NCBI GenBank assembly: GCA_963835575.1
Contig: CAWIGG010000002.1
Coordinates: 1-64,000 of the forward strand
Source of the DNA: an uncultured Spirochaetota bacterium
GTDB taxonomy: Bacteria > Spirochaetota > Brevinematia > Brevinematales > JAOACQ01
Length of the DNA stretch: 64,000 nt
Reading direction: 5' to 3'
The notes below the pieces were generated by a model. It had not been told where the DNA came from and made no database searches. It saw nothing but the letters and a program-made list of their open reading frames with translations. The position numbers were made by a program, and so were the translations under genes. Shown here piece after piece: positions 23,501 through 31,512 of this stretch (position 1 is its first letter; each line of letters begins with the position of its first letter).

Positions 23501-23585
23501 TAAATGATAATATTGTTAACAATAATAACAGCAAGAACAAAACGATGTCAAAAAGAATGGGCATTGTTTTTTTAAAACAAATCAA
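20019..23585 (-). CDS. KAP-family P-loop NTPase with N-terminal TM helices (read-through fusion at C-terminus)
   Basis: GKWGSGKTS Walker A, INAW, VVIFDDIDR Walker B. Confidence 0.8.
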   Translation of the reverse strand: MICFKKTMPILFDIVLFLLLLLLTILSFISVDILGIRNILISIYDIEKSFIPSDLLNAIGKYHSFKEIIYFAFIFVQFGILSILLNNLFNRQWNQIGKIIQTFFVHKKFMQIFVNIVLLFIIVNSFILPINYLHNNYKQYSTMPELILVICLTINFIFLTIKSLSKKKNNDHTFLFDDEPLEEITEESSEFFYVKQLETTISLIDKNRNYFSVLLNGKWGSGKTSILNTLGKRLKNKNEYEVLWINAWKLKDHTKIIKELEMGILNFLKKSIITIPDDFYNYFEWLVNATDNTLIKDISKSFNIFIKKNNIEIDRESINELIFIALRHQNKKKLVVIFDDIDRVIDSQECISLLKTIRYITGFQNVVSISGMDVNIVNKVISSVMNEADSSFIYKIFNTVIEINTEGNQNEIVKFLKEEWNRIKEYLNNKNTMFEIADKDKEEIIKMLDSLIDNGELYDLFHSYREVKLTFNDFFQTILKMTKLTENAHIIDLIIPRDIFLMSALKNINVEFYFDFLYHMKKELDHPLDNAEYAGTKNEIIKYLKDLLLKPRDNEIFMLKNAKSNRIFKIFELIGFELVPNDKVGIKDKRLVIDDLSILNKNSILYYINPILRKYEFSNKMINEHINKIKELQETDCIDATMSLFKLKIVLFNSLPGSREHKVLIMNYFEKIYNTIVGGNEHDFKDFDLIKKVILGTLHYISEGKIKFDRDSDDFMSKLLWQPRSFYSTDWASIYINSSFIKEIFPVYQVDPKYYKSDSHKVNEIIKMIFYYDSKFTKVQIDEVISLTIKYFEETENREIKSILLLFLYELIGITINDEKRKLEQEKINYCLNFILNNKFSFTYSTWNEYQGSYLRLSHDVILSLCRLLNGYFKKDVEHCIDETNLFESLNSAYEYFVNIYSEIPENYKTYPQNFTDLLIISIDAVYNLKHKQLISSFDEYYRLIDNIYLKFNKIHKLLFEDEIRKQNYTEVIPSDLIKSLNKKEITLEQIIDNLKKYKPVTINLENNLVITEVKMTPIIKEEKMAQQNLVSFQLPESDMAEVTAAIATLKAKLLPNLKTLSADERHEMPKMGDKTVPFVQKALEYCKSNADIVPPFLDVDAFKTDVNAVVSIRSIFQPLSQITDALNDTMLLSGSEAYAGALILYNAAKSAAKSNISGAKNVYDDLSARFPGRPKGTPANAAATQAK

Positions 23586-26401
23586 ACCTTTGCCTCCACC
23601 ATGTTAATTTCTTCCTCTGTCAGTCCATATAACTCATAAACCAGTTTATCAATCTTTCTATCCAGAATTTCAATTTGCTGGTTTGATAATGCTATATCCT
23701 GTTCGGTTTTGGCGGCTTGAAGACCTTTTTTTGCGGTTATTATTTTATCAGTCAATTCGATCAATTTATCTTGACTTTGAATAGTATTTTCAAGAACAGG
23801 GAAAGGTAATGCTAAAACATCCTTGATAGTTACCTGGGGAAAATCATCTTTAGTGGCTTGTGTAACTTGTTTTAGATATAAAAATGATAAAAGTTTGCTG
23901 TTTAAAATAGCCAATAATACTTTAATATCCAATTTTGATTCACTTTTTAATATAACAGAGTATAAATTCTTATTAGTAATGAAAGACTCCATTACAATCA
24001 TGGACATTAGCCTTTGCTGGCGGTTAACAAGTCTACGCAATAATATTCTATTTGAAGTAAACCAGAAAATTTCTTTTGGTCTTTCTTTCATTTTATCATT
24101 AAATTCAACCCATTGATCTGCTTTTATATTAATTGCATATCTATAAACATCACCTTCAAAATATTTGTAAGAAATATCCGAAAGCTTTGTTTGGGTTAAT
24201 AATGTTTTGCTAAATAAAACACCTCTTTTTATTAATGTGATATCATTTAAAGTAAATTGGGTATTTCGTTTTATTGATTCAATAAGATTATTAGCACCAG
24301 ACTCGAAAATAAATTTTAAATCATTATTATTGCGCCAAACATTTTGATTAATCTTATTGTAATCTAATAATTCAATTTCTTTTATCTTTGATTTTTTTGG
24401 ATATTCAAATGTTCTTACATAATTAACTGATTGAAATATTTTGTTTCTAACTTTGAAAATTAGCGTATCAATATATGCATCAGAAAAGACATTAAAAGGA
24501 AGTAAAATTAAAACATCTATTTCATAATTTAATAGAAAATCTCTCAATTCTTTATATTTTGGGCCACCTGTCCATGCAGAGGGAACAATAAAAGAAATTA
24601 ATCCTTTTTGTTTTAACAAGCTAAAACTATTCTGGATAAAACTAATATAGACATCTTTTATTTTAGAAAATATTGAATATTTCTTAGATAAATATTTGTC
24701 CTCACTTTCTTTAAACCAAGCACCATACGGTGGGTTACCAATTAAACAATCAAAGCCACCACTTTTTATTATTTCCGAAAATTGCTTTTCCCAATCAAAA
24801 GCATTTATAGACCTTATTGTTTCTTTATCAAAAAGGTTATTTTCATTTTCAAAAAAGTCGCTTCCGATCAGAGAATTACCGCACTTAATATTATTAGAAA
24901 GGTTTGGAAGATATTTTAAATCGCTATGTTTAAAAAGTAAACCTGCGCTTTCAGTGCTTTCATTTTCCATCAGTTTCAGAAGTAATGACAATTTTGTTAC
25001 TTCAACAGCCTGCGGGTCTATATCCACACCGTAAATATTATTGAGAAGGATTTTTTGCTTTTCCTGAATGGTAAGATGGTAATGCTTTTCGTTCAATTGG
25101 TAAATACGCCCTTCTTTCAGGGCTTTTTTCAACTGCTTTTCTTCAATATAGAAACTCAAATGATAATTTAAAAGATAAGTATAAGCTCCAATTAGAAATG
25201 AACCGGAACCACAAGCGGGATCGAGAACTTTTATTTTTTCTATTTCAGATGGTAATAACCCTTTTATTTTTTCACCGACAGTATTTTCAACTATATAATT
25301 AACTATATATCGGGGTGTATAAAAAACACCACCAGCTTTCTGTACTTCCGGCTTTTTCTCTATTCTTACTTGATGGGTTGGAGTTAACCGGATAGTTTCA
25401 CCAAGAAATTGTTCATAAATATTGCCAAGAACTTCAATCGGCAAAACGGAAAATTCATAAGGACAATCGGGATAATACATTTCTGTAATAATTGTTTTTA
25501 AAATATTGTCATCAATATTTAGATTGATTAAGAAATCATCTATCTTAAAAAGGTCGCTGTTATATTTATCATTGCCTTTAATAAAAAGCTTGTTTAGTTC
25601 CTGATAAGCATTTTTTCTATGAACCGCTTCAAATAAAAGGGCGTATTCTTCTGTCCCTCTATCTTCAGCAATCCGCAGGAATATAATTCTGTCCATAATC
25701 TTCTGAACTGCATAATTAAGCTGGTAAACATCGTCAAGGTTTAAATTTCTGATTGATATATTATTAGCAAGAGTTTGACGCCACTCGGATATGAGTTTTA
25801 AAAATTCCTTATCTACTTCGGAAGAACCTTTTTTGCTCTTATTGTCTTCAATGTAACGGTCAAAGCTGCCTTTGAGTATGGCGTTTTTTGAAAATGTATT
25901 AGTGATAAATTCAAAATGTTTTTCATAATCTTCAAAAGTGCAATAGAATATTCTGGCTACACTTGCTTTATCTGTTTTGTCGGGTTTAATGCGTGTGTCA
26001 TAAACGGCGATTTCTTCAAAATCAGTCAAAATGGATAATGGTAACTTTGCTGTGTAAGCATAACGTCTGATTTGATAAGCCGGGTCAATGTCCTCTTTAA
26101 TGTTGACGGAAGGTTTTTTAGCTTCAACGAAAAATTTACGGGTTCCGCCAATCCTGAAAGAATAATCAGGGGCTTTTGGTTTTCCTTGAATAACAACTTT
26201 ATCTTCTCTTACTACTTCCCGGTAATCTTCTGAATATTCTTGGGTATTGCGTACATCCCAATCAAGAAGCTCGAAGAATTTATCAATAAAATCAACTCTA
26301 GTATTCGCTTCATCGTAAGAAAGGCTTTTATATTGTTTGATATTCGTTTTAAAATGTTCTACTAATTGCTTTAATTTCATAAGTTTTTCATTCATTTCCA
26401 T
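23582..26401 (-). CDS. Type IIG-like fused restriction-modification enzyme
   Basis: APDY...VEAKKP, VLDPACGSGSFL, IGNPPY, TaqI-C-like TRD. Confidence 0.9.
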   Translation of the reverse strand: MEMNEKLMKLKQLVEHFKTNIKQYKSLSYDEANTRVDFIDKFFELLDWDVRNTQEYSEDYREVVREDKVVIQGKPKAPDYSFRIGGTRKFFVEAKKPSVNIKEDIDPAYQIRRYAYTAKLPLSILTDFEEIAVYDTRIKPDKTDKASVARIFYCTFEDYEKHFEFITNTFSKNAILKGSFDRYIEDNKSKKGSSEVDKEFLKLISEWRQTLANNISIRNLNLDDVYQLNYAVQKIMDRIIFLRIAEDRGTEEYALLFEAVHRKNAYQELNKLFIKGNDKYNSDLFKIDDFLINLNIDDNILKTIITEMYYPDCPYEFSVLPIEVLGNIYEQFLGETIRLTPTHQVRIEKKPEVQKAGGVFYTPRYIVNYIVENTVGEKIKGLLPSEIEKIKVLDPACGSGSFLIGAYTYLLNYHLSFYIEEKQLKKALKEGRIYQLNEKHYHLTIQEKQKILLNNIYGVDIDPQAVEVTKLSLLLKLMENESTESAGLLFKHSDLKYLPNLSNNIKCGNSLIGSDFFENENNLFDKETIRSINAFDWEKQFSEIIKSGGFDCLIGNPPYGAWFKESEDKYLSKKYSIFSKIKDVYISFIQNSFSLLKQKGLISFIVPSAWTGGPKYKELRDFLLNYEIDVLILLPFNVFSDAYIDTLIFKVRNKIFQSVNYVRTFEYPKKSKIKEIELLDYNKINQNVWRNNNDLKFIFESGANNLIESIKRNTQFTLNDITLIKRGVLFSKTLLTQTKLSDISYKYFEGDVYRYAINIKADQWVEFNDKMKERPKEIFWFTSNRILLRRLVNRQQRLMSMIVMESFITNKNLYSVILKSESKLDIKVLLAILNSKLLSFLYLKQVTQATKDDFPQVTIKDVLALPFPVLENTIQSQDKLIELTDKIITAKKGLQAAKTEQDIALSNQQIEILDRKIDKLVYELYGLTEEEINMVEAKV

Positions 26402-26430
26402 CGTCGTATCCTTTGTTTATTTAAAAAGAG

Positions 26431-26459
26431 ATTATACACCTTACGCCGTTTTCCGGCAA
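26431..26459 (-). promoter_or_regulatory. Cassette-borne sigma70 promoter
   Basis: TTGCCG-17-TATAAT; leader nearly identical to 17656-17736. Confidence 0.7.
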
Positions 26460-26504
26460 GGATGCCGGAAAAATTTAAGAACCAGCTTCGGCCCGGAAAA
26501 TTTC

Positions 26505-26592
26505 GTACAACGTGGGGTGTAAACGACGTTTTGCGGTTGCGACCGAAGGGAGCAATTGGCGCAGTTTTTGCTTTCCTGGCAAAAACTGTGAC
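26505..26592 (-). repeat. Left part of split attC-like site (attL side)
   Basis: GTACAAC-GTG-GGGTGTAAACG arm pairs with CGTTTACACCG at about 41491-41501. Confidence 0.85.
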
Positions 26593-26769
26593 TTTTTACA
26601 TAGCATAAAACATAAGAAAATATAAGATAATAAAAGTAATATATCTTACATTGCATCAATGAATTAGTCAATATTATTATTTCCTATCTTTTCCTTTACT
26701 TTTCATAAATTTGTTACTATAATGTTACTACAAAATATGAGTAACAAAGTAACAAAAAGGGAGTATAAA

Positions 26770-27816
26770 ATGAGTGTAACATTAAGAGAAAAAAAACTCA
26801 ACGAAAACAGAATTTCTTTATACCTTGATATTTACTATAACGGTCAAAGGAAATATGAATTCCTGAATATCTATTTAGGTAAGGATAAAAATGTGAATAA
26901 AGAAAATATAAGAGTTGCAGAAAGCATAAGAGCTAACAGAGAAATTGAAATTAATAATAATCAGTATGGAATGGTTCCGGCCTTTAAAAGTAAAACCGAT
27001 TTTGTTACTTACTTCGAACAAAAAGCAGGTAATAAAGAATCCTGGCAACCACCGCTTTATCAATTGAAAAGTTTTACAAAAGGCATAATACTTTCAGCTA
27101 TCAACGAACAATGGCTTAAATCATTTCAGGATTATTTATTAACCAATGTATCAAATAACACGGCCCATAATTATTTTATCTATATAAACAATGTTTTAAA
27201 TCAGGCAGTAAAAGAAAAGCTCATTCCCGATAATCCTTGTAAATATATCGAGAAGATAAGGAAAACGGAAGTCGAAAAGAGTTATTTAACCTTTGAAGAA
27301 ATACAAAAACTGGCGAAAGCCGATTGTATAGACCAGGAAACAAAAAGAGCTTTTCTCTTTTCATGTTATACTGGATTAAGAATAAGCGATGTAAAAAAAT
27401 TAACTTACTCAGATATTCAAGGTGATAGATTGCAATTCAGGCAAAAGAAAACCGGCCAATTTGAATATATGCCTTTATCCGATATGGCGATGAGATTACT
27501 GGAAAATCCAGATTCAAAAATAATTCCATTAAAGAAAAGCTCTGTCTTTAATTTAAAACGTCATGAAACAATAAGGCAGCAATTAAAAAAATGGTGTAAA
27601 AATGCGGGTATTGATAAACCGGTTACTTTTCATACTTCAAGACACAGCTTTGCAACCGTTGCTTTAACTCAGGGAGTAGACATTTACACTGTATCAAAAC
27701 TTTTAGGACATAGAGACTTGGCGACCACTCAAATTTATGCAAAGATAGTAAATGAAAAAATGAGGGATGCGGTTAATAAACTTCCAAAGATAGAAATTGA
27801 AACAAAGCAGGCATAA
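26770..27816 (+). CDS. Tyrosine integrase with arm-binding and SAM-like domains
   Basis: SLYLDIY..G.RKYEFL N-terminus; YTGLRISD, FHTSRHSFA, LLGH, TQIYAK. Confidence 0.92.
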   Translation: MSVTLREKKLNENRISLYLDIYYNGQRKYEFLNIYLGKDKNVNKENIRVAESIRANREIEINNNQYGMVPAFKSKTDFVTYFEQKAGNKESWQPPLYQLKSFTKGIILSAINEQWLKSFQDYLLTNVSNNTAHNYFIYINNVLNQAVKEKLIPDNPCKYIEKIRKTEVEKSYLTFEEIQKLAKADCIDQETKRAFLFSCYTGLRISDVKKLTYSDIQGDRLQFRQKKTGQFEYMPLSDMAMRLLENPDSKIIPLKKSSVFNLKRHETIRQQLKKWCKNAGIDKPVTFHTSRHSFATVALTQGVDIYTVSKLLGHRDLATTQIYAKIVNEKMRDAVNKLPKIEIETKQA

Positions 27817-27974
27817 AAGGTTTTAAATAATGCCATTTTACCCTATTGTAGGGCTTTCAATTTGTAATTTATTATAAAAATATTATCTGAAAATAATAAA
27901 ACCCCTTATAATAAGCAAAACAAAAAAAGGAATATATAGTCAAAAGAATAGAAAGCATTTAAGGATTAATATTT

Positions 27975-29336
27975 ATGGCTATAATTGATGGGAGTGCTTT
28001 TTTTAGTAATAAAGCCTATTATAAGCGGAATGAGTTTGAACTTTCTAAAAATGGGATTCAATTATTTATTAATGAATTTTCCATAAAAGATAAAATTGAA
28101 TTTTTTGATTGGCTAATCCATATGTTTAAAAATAAAATTGAAGCTGAATTAAATCATAAAAAAGGGCGGCCTAACGATCCATTATATCTAAATTCTTATG
28201 ATAAACATACACAAAAAACAATAATTGAAAGCCTGTATCCAGAATACAAAGACTTAATAGAATGGATGGAAAATATATTTGAAGAAGTGAATAGAGAAAC
28301 CGTTTTATCAGATATGGATATTAAAAAAAATTTAAAACAATCAAATAGCAATGATATTGATATTATTAAAAAAGAATATGAATCGATTGAATCAATACCT
28401 GAAAGAATTGAATTTTTAATTAAAGCAAAAAGAGACTTTATAAATGCTAATGAAAAACATAGAATTGAACTTAAGATAAATGCTGAAAAAGAACATGAGG
28501 ATAATGTATTTGATAAATTTTATAATCAAATTTATTCTAAAGTGGAAGCAGAATTCAATTGGTTTGATAATGAATTGGAATATCTAAATAGGAGAAATGA
28601 ATTGCTAAAAGAAAATAAACAGATAATCCCGGATTTTAATTATCAAGAAACTAAAATTATTTGGAACTATAATGAAATTATGGCATATTCAGATAGTTTG
28701 CAGGATAATCAAGCAAAACATATCTTTTTATCTTATGTTCTTAAAGAACTAAAAGTTAATAAAAATAATATTATTGAAATTTATGTTACAGGACACCCGC
28801 GTTACTTAAACGCCCCTACTAATTATAAAATGGCTAATGAAATATACAATGATTTAAAAAGCAATTATAAAAATGTAATAGAAGATTTGATAAATCGTCT
28901 TGAATTGGAAAAAGAATTTTTAATTAATAATAATCTTAAACAGTTTAATGCTTTATCACCTGAAGAACAACAAAAACTTTATGATAATGCTTTGAAAGAA
29001 AAAATAAAAGGATTTTCTAAAGAAGAAAATACAGTCATTGCTAAACAATCAAAAAACAATAAAAAAATTCATTGGAAAGGAAATGAAGAATCGATAATAT
29101 ACCTCTTTATGAGTTTAAAAAATATGGGGCTTATTGAAGAAATAAGTTTTACTTATATTCAATCTATTATTCCCCAATTTTTCTATGATGGAAAAAACAA
29201 TAAGGAATATACTAATACTCAATTAAATAAGGTAAAGCAACGTTTACAAGATAAATTAGAAAAAAATCTTATCAAGTATCCAGACAATAAAAAAATCGCA
29301 GATTTAATAGAAGAACTAAAACTAATGACAGACTAA
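27975..29336 (+). CDS. Hypothetical protein with RteC-like C-terminal segment
   Basis: KIHWKGNEESIIYLFMSLKNMGLI resembles RteC-type wHTH; position between int and xis. Confidence 0.45.
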   Translation: MAIIDGSAFFSNKAYYKRNEFELSKNGIQLFINEFSIKDKIEFFDWLIHMFKNKIEAELNHKKGRPNDPLYLNSYDKHTQKTIIESLYPEYKDLIEWMENIFEEVNRETVLSDMDIKKNLKQSNSNDIDIIKKEYESIESIPERIEFLIKAKRDFINANEKHRIELKINAEKEHEDNVFDKFYNQIYSKVEAEFNWFDNELEYLNRRNELLKENKQIIPDFNYQETKIIWNYNEIMAYSDSLQDNQAKHIFLSYVLKELKVNKNNIIEIYVTGHPRYLNAPTNYKMANEIYNDLKSNYKNVIEDLINRLELEKEFLINNNLKQFNALSPEEQQKLYDNALKEKIKGFSKEENTVIAKQSKNNKKIHWKGNEESIIYLFMSLKNMGLIEEISFTYIQSIIPQFFYDGKNNKEYTNTQLNKVKQRLQDKLEKNLIKYPDNKKIADLIEELKLMTD

Positions 29337-29419
29337 GGACAATCTGGGAATAAACTATACTACTTTTTTTATCTATAATTTCCTTAGAATAGATTTTACT
29401 TTATTCTAAGGAGATAGAA

Positions 29420-29713
29420 ATGGACAAAGCAATTCAAGAACAACTGGACAGAATCGAAGCAATTCTCAAAGAACAGAAAGAAAAACCCCTGACCTTCGAA
29501 GATGCCTGTAAATATACAGGACTGAGTAAATCATATCTTTACAAATTAACCTTTCAAGGGTTAATTCCCCATTACAAGCCAAACGGCAAGATGCTTTATT
29601 TCACAAAACAAGACCTTGATACCTGGCTTTTAAGAAACCGTATAGAATCCAAAGAAAATATCGACCAGCAAGCAATTGATTATGTCACCAGGAAGGCGGT
29701 GTCTGGTTTATGA
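29420..29713 (+). CDS. Excisionase-like HTH protein
   Basis: LTFEDACKYTGLSKSYLYKLT...IPHYKP.GK.LYF...L..WL. Confidence 0.88.
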   Translation: MDKAIQEQLDRIEAILKEQKEKPLTFEDACKYTGLSKSYLYKLTFQGLIPHYKPNGKMLYFTKQDLDTWLLRNRIESKENIDQQAIDYVTRKAVSGL

Positions 29714-29796
29714 ATTTCATCTTATTAAATTCCAAAAGTATCATTATAGTAAATCTGTTACTTTATGATAAAACTTTTATCATTATAAATTAAAAA

Positions 29797-30840
29797 ATGG
29801 TCAGATTAGACAGTATAAAAATACAGGTTCGTGATGACTGTATTGATAGAATTGATAATAATTTTATAAAAGATGAGATTGACCGGCATAATATTAACGG
29901 TGAAATATTTGATCAGATAAAGGTTAAACGTATTATCCCTGAAAGTAAGATTTTAGGCTTAAAGGATATTAAATTCTTAAATACCGGCTTAATTAATATC
30001 GAGCTTTCAGCAAAAATTTTTAAAGAGAACTATCCCGGTTTGATCAACCAAAATAATATTGAATATATGGTGGATTGTCTGAATAAAAACAAAGCCGTTC
30101 AATTTAACAAGCGAAGATTAATTGAAACCGCCTCAGTGCTGTATTGTGACTGTACCCAAAATCTGGAAGTAAGCAGAAACAAACAGGAATATTTTAAGGC
30201 TTTATTCGAATTAAAAACAAACACGAAATATAACGTTATCCCTTACATAAAGAAAGGTATTTTTGAAACCATCATTTTTGAAAAAAATATAAGAAATAAA
30301 AGATCGAATTCATTTGAAAGATTGATAGTTTATGACAAGTATCAAGAGCTTGTAAATTCTATCAATAAAAATAAACAGGATGAAAATAAAGAGCTGGTAA
30401 ATAAATATTTAAAAATGAACGGTCTTGATTGGTTCGCAAATAAATTAAGATTTGAAAGGCGATTTAATCATTTTGAAAATATCAGAAAATCATTTTTAAT
30501 TAATGATAATTATTTAAATAGTGTATTAACCAGCCCGGAGAATGTTATTTTAAAATTATTTGAAGAAATCAATCGGGGTTCTAAAACTGGACTTTTCGAT
30601 ATATGGAAAAATGAAGATAAATTTTATTCTATTATAAAAACTGAAGGGTTTGATAACATTATTGAAAAATGTAATTATGATATAGAAATTATTAAACATT
30701 TTATTAAGCAAAAAGTTAAAGGAAACAGTTCTGCATATGTAAGAAAATTTAAGGATAGGATAAACTTTTTGATGAATAAAAGCGGCAATATTAGCAACAA
30801 CTATATTGATGAAATCATTGAATTAATTAAAGCGGCTTAA
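29797..30840 (+). CDS. Putative replication initiator (phage/plasmid gpII/X / Rep_trans-like)
   Basis: LDSIKI, D.TQN, LIVYDKYQE, LRFERR motifs; follows xis. Confidence 0.55.
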   Translation: MVRLDSIKIQVRDDCIDRIDNNFIKDEIDRHNINGEIFDQIKVKRIIPESKILGLKDIKFLNTGLINIELSAKIFKENYPGLINQNNIEYMVDCLNKNKAVQFNKRRLIETASVLYCDCTQNLEVSRNKQEYFKALFELKTNTKYNVIPYIKKGIFETIIFEKNIRNKRSNSFERLIVYDKYQELVNSINKNKQDENKELVNKYLKMNGLDWFANKLRFERRFNHFENIRKSFLINDNYLNSVLTSPENVILKLFEEINRGSKTGLFDIWKNEDKFYSIIKTEGFDNIIEKCNYDIEIIKHFIKQKVKGNSSAYVRKFKDRINFLMNKSGNISNNYIDEIIELIKAA

Positions 30841-30854
30841 CATAAATTCTTTTA

Positions 30855-31211
30855 TTGGACGGTTTTAGTTTTGTGAATAGTGAATTTGAAATTTTAAAAT
30901 ATGACAGAAACTTCAAAGAAATCCCTATGTCACCTTCTTCAATGGATGCCTTTTTTACAAGCGATAAAGCACTCTGGAAAGGGACTGATTCTTTCTTGGG
31001 GACAAGGCTCAAATTAAAAGAAAAAAAGATTGTAGAAGTAAAAACGTTTATGGCAGAATTCCTAACCCAAAGACAGCAAGAAGTCATCAGTCTGTATTAC
31101 TTCAATGGCAAGACTCAAACAGATATAGGTGTAATATTGGGCATACATCAAACAACTGTATCCCAGCATCTTAGATATGGTATTAAAAAATTGAGAATAG
31201 CCTTTAAATGA
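30855..31211 (+). CDS. Sigma70 region-4-type HTH protein
   Basis: LTQRQQEVISLYYFNGKTQTDIGVILGIHQTTVSQHL; start uncertain. Confidence 0.7.
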   Translation: MDGFSFVNSEFEILKYDRNFKEIPMSPSSMDAFFTSDKALWKGTDSFLGTRLKLKEKKIVEVKTFMAEFLTQRQQEVISLYYFNGKTQTDIGVILGIHQTTVSQHLRYGIKKLRIAFK

Positions 31212-31512
31212 AAAGGAAATCATTTTTATAATTGATTCTGATCTTTCATATATTTTCTTGTAAATAAAATATTATAGTAGATTATGGCATTTCCATATAT
31301 GTTATTATTTTTGATTTGACTTTATTGTAATTATGGAGATATAATATTTTTGTAATATGTAAATAATTGAATATTTTATAACTCTATAAATATAAAAGTC
31401 TAATATGTCAAAAAAATAGTTAGGCATAAGTAGGATAGTCAATCTTCTGCCGGAAAAATCGTTAGAATTATTTAGATGTATAATGATTAATTAAAAATAG
31501 AAGGAAACGGGG

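Noticed and set aside
26770..27816. This integrase as the integron integrase
   Set aside because: It has arm-binding architecture with xis and rep and lies within direct repeats, so it belongs to the inserted element.
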